NCBI RefSeq assembly: GCF_006345805.1
Contig: NC_043022.1
Coordinates: 14,942,001-15,006,000, forward strand
Source of the DNA: Octopus sinensis
Taxonomy: Eukaryota
Direction of reading: 5' to 3'
DNA length: 64,000 bases
Shown here piece by piece: positions 49,690-62,705 of the stretch (position 1 is the stretch's first letter; every line of letters begins with the position of its first letter). The notes below the pieces were generated by a model. The model saw only the letters and a list, made by a program, of their open reading frames with translations, was not told the origin of the DNA and searched no databases. Position numbers and translations under genes: made by a program.

Positions 49690-50305
49690 ACATGGACAGA
49701 CACCCATATACACGTATGCACACACACATACATATATGTTATTTTCTAAAATTTGTTCTTCTGATTCCAACTGACCGTTCTTTGCCGAATTCCAAATGGC
49801 AGAAATTCTTATACAGTCCTTGCAGCAGCTATTCACTCCAGCACAGCAGAACCACGGCATCCCTCACCAATACACACACACACACACACATACAATACAC
49901 TCATAAAACATACAACACACACACAAACACACACACACACACAACACATGCGCACACAGAATACACACACACACACCACATTCATACATATATACACTCA
50001 AAACACATACACACACAACACGCACAAACACACACGCACACTGAACACACACACACACACATACACAACACGCACACACACACACACACAACACACACGA
50101 AACACACACACAACAAACACACAACACACACACACTGGAGTAACTTCATTTTTACTTTTTTTGTTGTTGGTGTTATTGTTGTTGTCTTTCAATTATCTTG
50201 CATTTTATTTTTATTCCATTTCAAATCAAACTTGAGGAAAAACATACTTTAATATTGAGTTATTATTATTATTATTGTTATTATTATTATTATTATTACT
50301 ATTAG
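49270..50305. repeat. (ATT)n, (CTT/CCT)n, (GT)n and (CA)n microsatellite cluster
   Basis: Read directly. Confidence 0.9.
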
Positions 50306-50889
50306 TTAAGGCAGTGAGCTGGCAGATTCGTTAGCACACTGGACGAAATGCTTTTTGTATTTCGTCTGCTGCTACGTTCTGAGTTCAAATTCCGCTGAGG
50401 TCGACTTTGCCTTTCATCCAATGAAAACAGTACCAGTTAAACACTGGGGGCCGATGTAATCGCCTAGCCCCCTCCCCCAAAACTGCTGCCCTTGTGGCAA
50501 AATTTGAAACCATTATTGTTATCATTACTATTATTATTATTATTATTATTCTTTTTAACTCGCATTTTGTTGGAACTCATGGAGTCTTGCATGCGTAACG
50601 GATTTGCTACCTGCAGCCCACGGCACCATGCTATCCGTTCTCTTCAGCTATCTAATAATTTCCTGATTATTCTGGTTGTACCAAGGAGGTAAACCTTTTG
50701 TAACACTTCTACTGGGCCCTCTATTCTGATTTCCTTTATACACCCCTTGATGCCTTCTGATTCTGTCCCCAAGTCCCCGAGGACCCAGCAATACTTCACA
50801 CTACCTTCACTTTCTTTAATTTCCCTAGCCGAACTATTTCGTACTTAAGAAGATTGGATATGTCCATTATTAATATTACTACCCTTTAT

Positions 50890-51300
50890 TTCATTTCCAT
50901 TTCATTTTCATCTAGTTTCAGCTCATGAGCTGTGGCCATGCTGGGGCACCGCCATTTGGTGTTGCTACATGATTTTACTTCACGAATGCTTTTTAGCAAT
51001 TGACATTTGGTGCATGAGAGAGTTCGATGTAGCTGCCCTCATCTGCACCTCCTGCGGTGAAGTTGGTTCATTTGGAACACCTGACAGGAAGAGGTCCAGC
51101 TTTATTTTAAAGACATCCGCATCCACACCATGCAGGTCTCTCAGGTCCTTCGGGGGCATATTGAAGAGCTGTGGACGTCTGAAGCCCAGGCTATTGCAGT
51201 ATCTTGTCCTACATCTTGATTGCAAATTTGGAGTCCTTGGCACTATGCAGTGGCGCCCAGTTCTAGTATTTGTGTAACTCTCGATGCCAAAGTTAGGGAT
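50890..51300 (-). mobile_element. 3' end of a LINE (CR1/L2-like ORF2 C-terminus plus 3' UTR)
   Basis: Minus strand RTRYCNSLGFRRPQLFNMPPKDLRDLHGVDADVFKIKLDLFLSGVPNEP, then the tail GGCGGTGCCCCAGCATGGCCACAGCTCATGAGCTGAAAC and (TGAAA)n. Confidence 0.65.
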
Positions 51301-51572
51301 TGTCATTATTATTATTATCATTATTATTGTGGTGAGCTGGTAGAATCATTACCACACCAGGAAAAATGCTCAGCGGTAATGCATCTGTCTTTACATTCTG
51401 AGTTCAAATTCCGCTGAGGCCTTTCATCCTTTCAGGGTCGATAAATTAAATACCAGTGAAACACTAAGGGTTGATGTAATTGACTAGCCCCCTCCTGCCA
51501 AATTTGAGACCTTGTGCCACCAGTAGAAAGGATTATTATTATTATTTTTATTATTATTATTATTATTATTAT

Positions 51573-51870
51573 TGAGTGAGAGAGCAGTGCAAGTCATCAA
51601 AGTGACACTGGGGTAAAATATACGAAGCCCAGTTTACCCATCTGATAAGGGTACACCAGGCACATGCATCACAACCATATGTGCGCAACATGATGATCTC
51701 ATATCAAGATAAACAGCACATGACCTTGCAGGTGGGGCCCACTTAGAATTTTCTTCTGGCCAAGTAGCCCTTTCCCACTCAAAAGGTCCCTGAATAAGGG
51801 TTGTTTAAGGATGTTGAACGAAACACCCATGTTTCCAGAGGTCAATTATTCAAAGTCCAAAGATTCCTTC
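51573..51870. mobile_element. Dispersed repeat related to the host of the 62-bp minisatellite, containing one unit (51731-51793)
   Basis: Shares both flanks with 44237-44404 and 48425-48510. Both copies abut an (ATT)n tract, consistent with a minus-strand (AAT)n tail. Confidence 0.8.
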
Positions 51871-51974
51871 TCAACACATGGCTATGATGTTCCCCCACTA
51901 CTTCTGCTTGTGATCAGAGATGCAAATATCGTCAGCCACTAAGGGACATGCCCAAATGGTTAAGGTCAAACAAC

Positions 51975-52019
51975 TATATAGATATATGTGTGTGTGTATG
52001 TGTATATATATTATATATA

Positions 52020-52069
<50 letters not shown>

Positions 52070-52269
52070 TATAATAATATATACACATATATACACACAC
52101 ATATGTATATATATATATTTATATATGCCACACACACCACACATACACACACACACATATATGCATATATATGTGTATATGTGTGTATATATATTAATAT
52201 TATATAATATATATAATATATATTATATACATATATGTGTGTTTATGTATGTTATATAATATATATATA

Positions 52270-52351
<82 letters not shown>

Positions 52352-53140
52352 ATATCTATATATATATATATAACATACACACACACATGCATATATGTGT
52401 GGTACATTTATATGTAGTATGTATGTATGTATGTATGAGAGTGTATACTAACATATGCAAAGAAACTAATATCTATGCACTCACAGAGAACGCAACCAAG
52501 CACCTGTATAATCTTGTTATTAGGGTTCCTCATCCAACCCAGCGGACCCTCACAGTATGCTCTCAGATAGATGCAGTTGGGAAATGCATTTCTGTCGACC
52601 ATTCCATACCATTCCAGCCTCACAGCCAGGATGGTGGAGTGGTGGTCACTTTTGCATTTCCCATTTCTGCAGACCACCATTTTTTGTTTCATGTACATCT
52701 ACTCTTATATATATATATTATATAAATGTATGTATGTATGTATGTTATATATATATGTATATTATATATATAATATATATGTATAAATGATCTATGAATA
52801 ATATATATATATATAAATTTATATATATATATATTTCATTTATATATATATATGATGTATAAATGATCTATGAATATATATTATAAATATATATTATATA
52901 TATATAAAAATGAAATATATATAATATAATATATATATAAATGAAATATAAATTATATATATATATAATAATATATATGTACACATATATAAATGATATA
53001 TAAATAATATATATACACATATATATATATAAATGATATATAAATAATATATATATACATATATATATAAATGATATATAAATAATATATATATGTATGT
53101 ATAGATATATGTAAATAATATATAAATATATATTTATATA
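51975..53140. repeat. (TA)n-rich low-complexity region; similar tracts at 8225-8445, 9370-9650 (T-rich), 54115-54620 and 63590-63660
   Basis: Read directly. Confidence 0.9.
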
Positions 53141-53259
53141 TAAGTTTCCATTATATTTCTAATACGTTAGTTTACCTATACTATATGTCATATCTTTATA
53201 CTGTGTGTTCCTTGATCCTCACTGGTAGGCTGCTGATTTTAAATAAAGTGTTGAACACT

Positions 53260-53720
53260 TTTGTTATGCCAGGTAGTGGCTCCAGTCTCCTGGAGCCACT
53301 GAATTTGATGAGTTTATAAAGGGATTGGCTGCTTATTTCTCTGGGATTAGTCAAATTGATGCAAACACCACTGATGAGATGTCAATATGGCTTGAAAATT
53401 GATCAGGTTGTTCATAATTTTATTCAATCTTCGGAGAAATAGCTATATTTGGCATATAAGAGGGAAGGAATATGTTGGCATATAAGAGGGAAGGAATGTA
53501 TTATCAGACCCCTAACACTCCTTTCCTAAAACTTTGCAAGCCAAACACCAAAACAATTTAAGGGAGCTGCCGTTCATGATATATGCAAATTATGACCAAT
53601 GTTTTCTCTGAGAATTTCCCAAGGTTTGTGTATGCATTTGACTCTAAGGTCTCAGGTTTGTCTCATTGTTACGAGGCAGAGCATCCTCTGCCAATCCTTT
53701 TGATCAACCAACCAGAAAAT
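53260..53720 (-). pseudogene. Possible decayed DNA transposase fragment (Chapaev/CMC-like)
   Basis: Minus-strand frame KRIGRGC...TNLGKFSEKTL...FSED*IKL...SGSRRLEP with many stops; only a weak recalled resemblance. Confidence 0.25.
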
Positions 53721-54020
53721 CTGGGTTCAAGGATGTACACAGGAACACTCACAAGATATGAAATATTCAACTCTCTGATTGCAATACTCCAGTATGGCCT
53801 TGATATTATGATTCACCAAAACAAATAAAACAGCTTATGGTACACAATAGACTTGTATGTATATATATATATATATGTAGATAGATGTGTGTGTATATAT
53901 ATATATATAATTATATATATATAATGGGAAGGTTTAGGAAAATAAACAAAAGACGAAGGCAGGTGGAGTACAAACAAACAATTGTATTAGTATGTCGCTC
54001 AGGAATAGAAATAGAACAAG

Positions 54021-54058
54021 TCTTTTACGTTTCGAGCCTACGCTCTTCGACAGAAAGA
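54021..54058 (-). ncRNA. Minimal type I hammerhead-like motif, family H1, second copy
   Basis: Minus strand UCUUU-CUGUCGA-A-GAGC(GUAG)GCUC-GAA-ACGU-A-AAAGA, inside the same ~200-bp repeat (53930-54115). Confidence 0.6.
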
Positions 54059-54130
54059 TACACAGAAAAGAAACAAGGAGAGAAAAAATGCGTGTAGGAG
54101 CTAATGATCTATCATGGCATTATACGTATA

Positions 54131-54174
<44 letters not shown>

Positions 54175-54358
54175 GTATATATATACACACATACACACAT
54201 ATATATAAAGAGAAAGACATACATATACATATATATACATGCATACATACATATACAGATTCATGCACATGCACACACACTTATACATACACGCACACAA
54301 ATATATATAATATATATATATATATACACACATGTACATCTTCACATGTACATGTATA

Positions 54359-54401
<43 letters not shown>

Positions 54402-54554
54402 CTTTTCTCTCTCTCTCTCTTTCCTAGCTTTGTTTAGACTTCTCTGTCTTTATTTTCACTATTGAGATCAACTCAGAACTGATTAAACTGTTGTTATTGT
54501 TGTTGTTGTTGTTGTTGTTGTTATCATTTTTATTATTGTTATTATTATTATTAA

Positions 54555-54599
<45 letters not shown>

Positions 54600-54874
54600 T
54601 GTTATTGTTATTATTTTGAACCTTTGTTAAACTTTATCACAAATATATAAATATATGTATATTCCTGCTAAATGATTGTGTTGTTGTTTTTATTTCTTTT
54701 CTTATTGTTGTTGACTTTTATATATTTTGTTTTATTTATGCCTCATCTTTGTTGCACATGCTGTTCCCATCATCATCATCCTCATCATCATCAGTAGCAG
54801 TAGATGGATGGAAGGATGCAAGGAAGGGAGGAATAGTTTTAGTACGTTAAAGTATGCAACATTTAAAACAACCA

Positions 54875-56090
54875 AGGTGGTGAACTGGCAGAATCGTTAG
54901 CACGCCAGGCAAAATGCTGAGCGAGATTTCATCTGTCTTTACGTTCTGAGTTCAAATTCTGCCGAGGTAAACTTTGCCTATTGGGGTCGATAAATTAAGT
55001 ACCGGTTACATACTGGGGTTGATCTAAACCAGTGGTTTTCAACCAGGGTTCCGCCAGTACGGTCTAGGGGTTCCGCAAGAAGTTACAAAACTGCTAAAAT
55101 CGGCAGTGATTTTTGATTCTCCTGTGCAGGTATGTGTGCATAAGACTATTAAATTATTGCACAGGGGTTCCTCGAGCTAGTGGAATGTTTCCTTGGGGTT
55201 CCGCTCCAGCAAAAAGTTTGGAAAGCACTGATCTAAACAGATGTCTCTTTCCCCAAATTTTGGCTTTGTGCCTAGTGTAGAATAGAATATTTTGGTAATT
55301 AATTTTGAAGCAAGCTGGGTGAAATGCTTAGCGATATTTCACCTGTCTTTACATTCTGAGTTCAAATTCTGCTGAGGTTGACTTTGCCTTTCATCCTTTC
55401 AGGGTCGATAAATTAAACCAGTTGTGTACTGGGGTCAGTCTAATCGACTGGCTCCCTCTCCAAAAATTTCAGGCCTTGTACCTAGAGAAGAAAAGAATAT
55501 TTTAGTATTAAAAAGATGGTGAGCTGACAGAAATGTTAGCATGCCAGGCGAAATGCTTAGCGGTATTTCGTCCGTCTTGACGTTCTGAGTTCAAATCCTG
55601 TTGAGGTCAACTTTGCCTTTCATTGTTTCAGGGTCAATAAATTAAGTACCAGTTGCATACTAGGGTTGATCTAAACAGCTGGATCCTTCCCCCAAAAATT
55701 TCAGGCCTTGTGCCTACAGTAGAAAAGAATATTTCCTGGCCATTTTCGTCTGTCTTTATGTTCTGAGTTCAAATTCCACTGAGGTCAACTTTGCCTTTTG
55801 TTTTGGGGTCAATAATTTAAGTACCAGTTGTATACTGGGGCTGATCTAAAAGGTTGGCTTCCTCCCCCAAAATTTTAGGCCTTTTGGCTAGAGTAGACAA
55901 GAATATTTCTTGGCCATTTTCATCTGTATTTACATTCTGAGTTCAAATTCCGCCAAGGTCGACTTTGCCTTTTATCCTTTCGGGGTCGATAAATTAAGTA
56001 CCAGTTGCGTACTGGGGTTGATTTAAACGGCGGGTTCCCTTCCCCAAAATTTCGGGCCTTCTGCCTAGAGTAGAAAAGAATATTTAAAAC
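54875..56090 (+). mobile_element. Cluster of about 6 tandem, decayed SINE family 1 bodies (CCCCCAAAATTTCAGGCCTTGTGCCTAG tail subtype), interrupted by a hAT MITE
   Basis: Repeated TTCTGAGTTCAAAT...GGTCGATAAATTAAGTACCAG units. Confidence 0.8.
55030..55230 (-). mobile_element. Same hAT MITE, inverted, with 8-bp TSD ATCTAAAC, inserted into a SINE
   Basis: TIRs CAGTGGTTTTCAA / TTGGAAAGCACTG; TSD at 55022-55029 and 55231-55238. Confidence 0.9.
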
Positions 56091-56419
56091 AACCAAGCAA
56101 GACATGGTAAAAGTACCTTGGTTTGAGCAGAAGACATTGCTCTAAGGTAGTTTTGCTGGTTTCAGTCAGAGGCTGGCACCATGCTGGAACACCAAAGGGT
56201 AACGATGGCACATGGCTCAGTGGTTTGAGCATCGGGCTCACAATCATGCGGAAGTGAGTTCAGTTCCAGGACCGGGCTGTGTGTTGTGGTCTTGAACAGG
56301 ACACTTTATTTTCACGTTGCTCCAGTTCACTCAAGATTGTAAATCTATTTATAAGTGTTTTACTTTCTCATGGTTTTATATTTTAATTAAAATATTAAAT
56401 TTCAAATTTAAAGATATGT

Positions 56420-56895
56420 TGCCAGCGCTGCCCCGACGGGCCTCCGGTGGCATGTAAAAAGCACCATCCGATCATGGCCGTTGCCAGTCTCGCCTGGCCC
56501 CGTGCCGGTGGCACGTAAAAGGCACCATCCAACCGTGGCCGTTGCCAGCCTCGCCTGGCCTCTGTGCCGGTGGCACATAAAAGCACCATCCGATCGTGGT
56601 CGTTGCCAGCCTCGCCTGGCCCCGTGCCGGTGGCACGGAAAAAGGCACCATCCGACCGTGGCCGTTTGCCAGCCTCGCCTGGCCCCCATGCCGGTGGCAC
56701 GTAAAAGGCACCAACCGACCGTGGCCGTTTGCCAGCCTCGTCTGGCACCTGTGTTGGCATTAGGAAGGGCATCCAACCGTAGAGACATTGCCAAATCAGA
56801 CTGGGCCTGGTGCAGCCTTCTGGCTTCCCAGACCCCAGTTGAACCGTCCAACCCATGCTAGCATGGAAAGCGGACGCTAAACGAAGATGATGATA
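56420..56895 (+). mobile_element. (GAT)n-tailed retroposon with an internal ~61-bp tandem repeat (x5); relatives at 6128-6245 (-), 8815-9010 (-), 20064-20420 (-), 21550-21745 (+)
   Basis: Conserved 3' end CCAACCCATGCTAGCATGGAAAGCGGACG.TAAACGA followed by (GAT)n in every copy. Confidence 0.75.
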
Positions 56896-58199
56896 ATTTA
56901 TGTTGGAAAGCTGATGGTGGATAATCTTGTGGGTGCCTACCAAGTCTGTTGCCAGACGTTTGAGCTTTTATGGGTCCATGTCGAAGGAAGCAAGACGTTC
57001 AGAATATGGTGGATGCCTGAAGGCAGGTATTCGTCTGGTTGCACGTTTCTGATCGGTCTCCAGAAGATCGATATGTTGAGCTAGATTGGGGATCTGGGGG
57101 ATGCAAACTCTAATTTTAAATAATAATAATAAGGTTTAATGCTATTAATATGGGGTCAAGCTAGGTAGCAGAGACTATCTGGATTAAAATTAGTCGATAG
57201 TAGTGATGGCGAGCTGGCAGAATCGTTAGCACGCCGGGCAAAATTCGTAGCAGTATTTCGTCTGCCGTTATGTTGTGAGTTCAAATTCCGCCGAGGTCGA
57301 CTTTGCCTTTCATCCTTTTGGGGTCGATAAATTAAGTACCAGTTACCCACCGGGGTCGATGTAATCGACTTAATACCCATGTCTGTCCTTGTTTGTCCCT
57401 CTCTGTGTTTAGCCCCTTGTGGGTAATAAAGAAATAGGTAGTGAGTGTTTTAGGGACAAAATCAGTTTAGGGGAGGCCCAACTTCGCATGTAAGGTCCGG
57501 AGTAAATATTTTGAGATTTCGGCGTTTTGTAGGTTTGTGTGCAAGGGGAATAACTCTGTAGCTTTCACTTTACATCTGAAACTAAAATTATGACACAAGG
57601 CCAGCAATTCAACAGGTATTTATTTTATCGACCAACGAAAGAAAGGAAAGGCAAAGATGACCTCGACGGAATTTGAACTCAGAACGTAAAGACGGGCGAA
57701 ATGCTGCTTAGCAATTTTGCCCAGCCTGCTAACGGTTCTGCTAGCTTGCTGCCTTGGCGATGATGATGATGTGATGGACTCTCCACTCGAAGACGATGTA
57801 TGAATGTCCACTTTTTGCTGACCGACCTGCACAAATGATTCGCTTATAATGATCAAATGTATGTGCTGGATGTTAGCTCAGCCTCTCTGTCAAGTCGACA
57901 TTGCCTGAACTGGTGCAAGATGAAGGGCAGAATTCGTGCAGACGAACTGTGGACAGAAACTTCACTGCGGACTAGCCAGGAAGTTGGTCAGCAGCAAAAA
58001 AGGGAAACTTCCGGTAGGAGAAGCCAAACGGAAGAATGTCGCTCGTCCGAAACCGACCGAGGACGGGAGCAGAGGAAGGGAGCCGAAGCGAGTAGAAGGG
58101 AAAAAGGAAGGGGTACGAGTGGCATTGGGTCACTTGTTACAAAAGCAAAGAAATAGAGAAAACGATTGTAAAATTTAAATAATCAGAGTAAAGCTGCCG

Positions 58200-58640
58200 C
58201 CAGGAAAATACCCGGAAAACCCTAAAGGAATAAAAAAAAACTTGGTGCTGCATCTGGATACAGAGGAACCCGCTGCCCTAGAACTCCCTCCAAAGTTCGT
58301 CACTTACAATAAGGTTAGTAAGATATCGATACTATCAGACATTGGGAAATGCTTCACCAAACTTAGATGGGGAACACACTTTAACCTCAACCAAAATCCT
58401 GACATTCATAACATATCTGGCAATAACCATTCCATGGGTTGTTTCTATGACAAACGTGACATGTCGTTCGACATGAAAAGGGTGGGTCTGCCCCTACCAA
58501 CTTATCCTTCAACAAAAGAGTATGCTCCCCCCCCCCTATGCTGACGCTGCTTTAGAAGCAAAGTTTACCCTTACTAAATCCAAACTCCTGTCAGCTTTCC
58601 CCGGAACATACTAAAGGAATAGTCAAAGATAAAGAGAGAT
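58200..58640 (+). pseudogene. Possible decayed retroelement ORF segment (PLE N-terminal-like)
   Basis: LELPPKFVTY...IGKCFTKLRW, then in another frame PTNLSFNKRVCSPP; frameshifted. Confidence 0.3.
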
Positions 58641-59026
58641 GCGTGGACTTTTCGGAGACCCGCTGGGGGTTGAAGTTCGAGTTTGTCGAGCTCCCACCTG
58701 TCGTGGAATTAGAAGATTTGAAACCCTTTATGAACATTTAAAATAAGTAAGTAGATCTTGTACTTCATAAGAAAAAAGAGAGAAAATAGACTGTTATAAT
58801 GTATATAGAAAAAAGGGGAAAAAAACGATACAAAAAACCCCCACAAAAGACTAAGAAAAAGAACAAATTAAAAAAAAAAAGAAAAAGACTTTAAGGACGT
58901 TTAATTGTAAAAAAGTAATTGCGGTTTCGAGAAAACCGTCTCATATTCATTATAATTTCATTCATTGTAATTCATTCTTTCATATGGTTTTTTTATTCCC
59001 ACGTGTTTGTGTATGTCCTCTCTGTA

Positions 59027-61050
59027 TTAGCTGGCAGAATCGTTAGCACGCCGGGCGAAATGCTTAGCGGTATTTCGTCTGCGTTACGTTGTGAGTTCAA
59101 ATTCCGCCGAGGTCGACTTTGCCTTTCATCCTTTCGGGGTCGATCAATTAAGTACCAGTTGCGCACTGGGGTCGATGTAATCGACTTAATACCTATGTCT
59201 GTCCTTGTTTGTCCCCTCTGTGTTTAGCCCCTTGTGGGTAATAAAGAAATAGGTATTTCGTCTGCCGTTACTTTCTGAGTTCAAATTCCGCCGAGGTCGA
59301 CTTTGACTTTCATCCTTTCGGGGTCGATAAATTAAGTACCAGTTATGCACCGGGATCGATGTAATCGACTTAATCCGTTTGTCTGTCCTTGTTTGTCCCC
59401 TCTGTGTTTAGCCCCTTGTGGGCAGTAAAGAAATAGGTATTCAGGCCTTGTGCCTATAATAAAGAGAAAAACAGTGAGTGTGAAACGAATCTGATTGAAC
59501 CAAACAGAAATAACCGGCGACTTAAGAAGCCCTGGTGTACGTAAAGTAAACCTTTGATAGATGTATTCTGGTCTCCAGTAGTTTGTTTGCGTCTAGCTTA
59601 AAGTTATACACAAATGTACCACGCATACCTTCGTATACTGGTAGAATGTGTTTATACAACATCTTTTTCTCTTGGCTTTATTGAGAAAATTCTATCGTTT
59701 GTAAGATATTTGTTGTTTTTTTTTTCTTCAATTTCTGCAATTTCAACCAATCACTGACGTCTATTGAGGTGAAAACATTCTTTGCCGTATGATTATGTCT
59801 CTCGTTTAAGAAACAGATTGGGTTTATTTACATTTCTGAAGAAAAAAAGTACCCCCCCCCCACCCCTAACTCTAACCCTAAAACAAAGTGTTTTGTTCTC
59901 GGCCTAGGAATTGAAACCATGATCCTGCGATCATGAAGAGTCTAACAGATGAACCACTAGGCCACGTGTGCTAGAGCAGTGCTTCTCAAACTATCTGATG
60001 GGGTGTACAGGCATTTTTTTTTTTTGCCGATGTGCCAGGGACCAGAGGGGGCGAGCTGGCAGAAACGTTAGCACGCCGAGGGGGAAATGGTTAGCGGTAT
60101 TTCGTCTGTCTTTATGTTCAGAGTTCAAATCCTGCCGAGGTCGACTTTGCCTTTCATCCTTTCGGGGTCGATTAAATAAGTACCAGTTACGCACTGGGGT
60201 CGATGTAATCGACTTAATCCGTTTGTCTGTCCTTGTTTGTCCTCTCTGTGTTTAGCCCCTTGTGGGTAGTAAAGAAATAGGTATTTCGTCTGCCGTTATG
60301 TTCTGAGTTCAAATTCCGCCGAGGTCGACTTTGCCTTTCATCCTTTCGGGGTCGATAAATAAAGTACCAGTGACGCACTGGGGTCGATGTAATCAACTTA
60401 ATCCCTTTGTCTGTCCTTGTTTGTCCCCTCTATGTTTAGCCCCTTGTGGGTAGTAAAGAAATAGGTATTTCGCCTGTCTTTATGTTCAGAGCTCAAATCC
60501 TGCCGAGGTCAGCTTTGCCTTTCATCTTTCCGTGGTCCATAAATTAAGTACCAGTTGTGGGATCTTTTCGATTTGACCGGCAGTTTTTAAAAAATAATTT
60601 CCACATAACTAAACACTTTTAAACTTCGTATACTGGCAGAATGTGTTTATAAAACATCTTTTTCTCTTGGCTTTATTGAGAAAATTCTATAGTTTGTAAG
60701 ATATTTGTTGTTTTTTTTCTTCAATTTCTGCAATTTCAACCAATCAATGACGTCTATTGAGGTGAAAAACATTCTGTGCCGTATGAATATGTCCCTCGTT
60801 TAAGAAACAGATTGGGTTTATTTACATTTGTGAAGAAAAAGAGATACCCTTCCCTCCACCCCTAACCCTAAAAGAGATTGAACTGCAATAAATCGATACT
60901 AGGGTCATAATTATGGGTGACAATTTCATATGACACCGCTAGAAAAAACTGCCGTTCAAACCGAAAAGATCCCAGTTGTGTACTGGGGTTGATGTAATCG
61001 ACTGGCCCTCTCCCCCAAAAATTTTGGGCCTTGTGCCTAGAGTAGAAAGA
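59027..61050 (+). mobile_element. SINE family 1 multimers (59027-59460 dimer; 60048-61050 trimer interrupted by a MITE)
   Basis: Same consensus, with junctions AAAGAAATAG|GTATTTCG. Confidence 0.85.
60559..60973. mobile_element. MITE with ~30-bp TIRs inserted into a SINE; partial copy at ~59630-59885
   Basis: GGGATCTTTTCGATTTGACCGGCAGTTTTT / AAAAAACTGCCGTTCAAACCGAAAAGATCCC; flanking duplication AGTTGT; internal CCCTAACCCTAA. Confidence 0.85.
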
Positions 61051-61884
61051 GAAAGAAAGAGTGGAAGAGGAGAGATAAAGTGAAAGAGAGAGGGAGAGGG
61101 GGAAGACAGATAAAGTGAAAGAGAAAGAGAGAGGGAGAGAGAGAAAGAGGAGAAATTTCACACATTGAATAACTCAAAACGAAATAAATATGTTAAATTT
61201 TTATTTTAAATTTAATAAAGAAAAAAAAGAAACAAAAAAAGTAAATACAAGAGAATAAAAATTATATGATGTGGGGGAGAGGGGTGTAGGCTTTGAAATC
61301 ATTTGACACAAGGGGGAGGTAGGGTTGGGTTTAATAATTTGACATTAGGGAGAAGGAATAAGGGGGGGGCATACATAGGGGGCAGTGAGGAACAACATGA
61401 ATATATATATGTCTTGGGAGGGCCATCATGCCAATAATACATGCACTGGTTCAAAGTCACTTCTTTATTGTTAGTCAAAAAGTCCTTCTATCACTATTTG
61501 TAACTTTATCAATGACGTGCCCTGTCTCTTCAACTGATTGATTGTCTCCCCAGCACATTAAACAAACGAGTGATTAGTCAGCTGGTTAGATAGTTAGGCA
61601 ATTGACTAACAATAAAGAAGTGAAATTGAACCACTGCATGTGTTGTTATTGGTGTGATGACCCTCCCAATACATAAGATTTTCTTCAACACACAAATTCA
61701 CATCAAGAATCTTGCAAACCAAATACAAAATCAAAGTATATGCAAATAGCTAATGTGTATATATTTGTGTGTGTGTATATTGAAATATATTGGGGTGTTT
61801 GCTTTAAAAGTTGTGTGTGTGTGTGTGTGTAGCTAGGAATGGTACACTTATGCCTGGTAAACTGTTAAAAGTAGTCATAATAGT

Positions 61885-62705
61885 AATTTCAAATTTTGCC
61901 ACAAGGCCAGCATGTTCAGGGGAGGGCTAAGTCGATTACATGGACCTCCAGTACACAACTGGTACTTAATTTATGGCCTCCACCCCCAAAAAATGAGAAG
62001 CAAAGTTGGCCTTGGTGGAATTTGGACTCAGAACGTAGCGATGGGTGAAATACCGCTAAGAATTCCATCCAGCGTGCTAACGATTCTACCATCTCACCAC
62101 AATAATAATAATAATAATAATCCTTTCTGCTAAAGGCAGAAGGCCTGAAATTTTGAGGAGGGGATGAGTCAGTTACATCAACCCCAGTGTTTGACTGGTA
62201 CTTACTTTATCGACCCCAAAGGGATGAAGGGCAAAATCGACCTCAGCAGAATTTGAACTCAGGACACAGCAGCAGACAAAATACTGCTAAGCATTTTGCC
62301 CAGTCTGCTAATGATTCTGCCAGCTTGCCACCTTAATAATAATAATTTCAAATTTTGCCACAGGGGCAGCGCTCCCCACCGAAAGGGTTAAAGGTAAAGT
62401 TGACCTTGGTGGAAATTGAACTCAAATCATTGAGTGATGGGCGAACTACCACAAAGCATTTTGCCTGACATGCTAACAATTCTGCCAGCTTGCTGCCAAG
62501 CACAAGGAAGGATATTTGGGGGAGGGAGATAGTCGATTACATCGACCCCAGTGTACCCCTGGTACTTATTTCATCGATCCTGAAAAAAAATGAAAAAGCA
62601 AATCTTCAGTGGAATTTGAACTCAGAACACAGAGACAGACTAAATGCCACTGAATGCTTAGCTCGGCATGCTAACACTGCTACCAGCTCACCATCGTTCC
62701 ACCTT
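61885..62705 (-). mobile_element. Four decayed SINE family 1 copies on the minus strand
   Basis: Reverse-complement central domain and head (CTAACGATTCTGCCAGCT). Confidence 0.7.

Noticed and set aside
57857-58178. GC-richer stretch with two ~80-100 aa ORFs
   Set aside because: No recognisable motif or splice structure. It is probably part of the adjacent decayed retroelement.
59871-60870. CCCTAA/CTCTAA units resembling telomeric repeats
   Set aside because: Only two or three units are present, and they are internal to a MITE.
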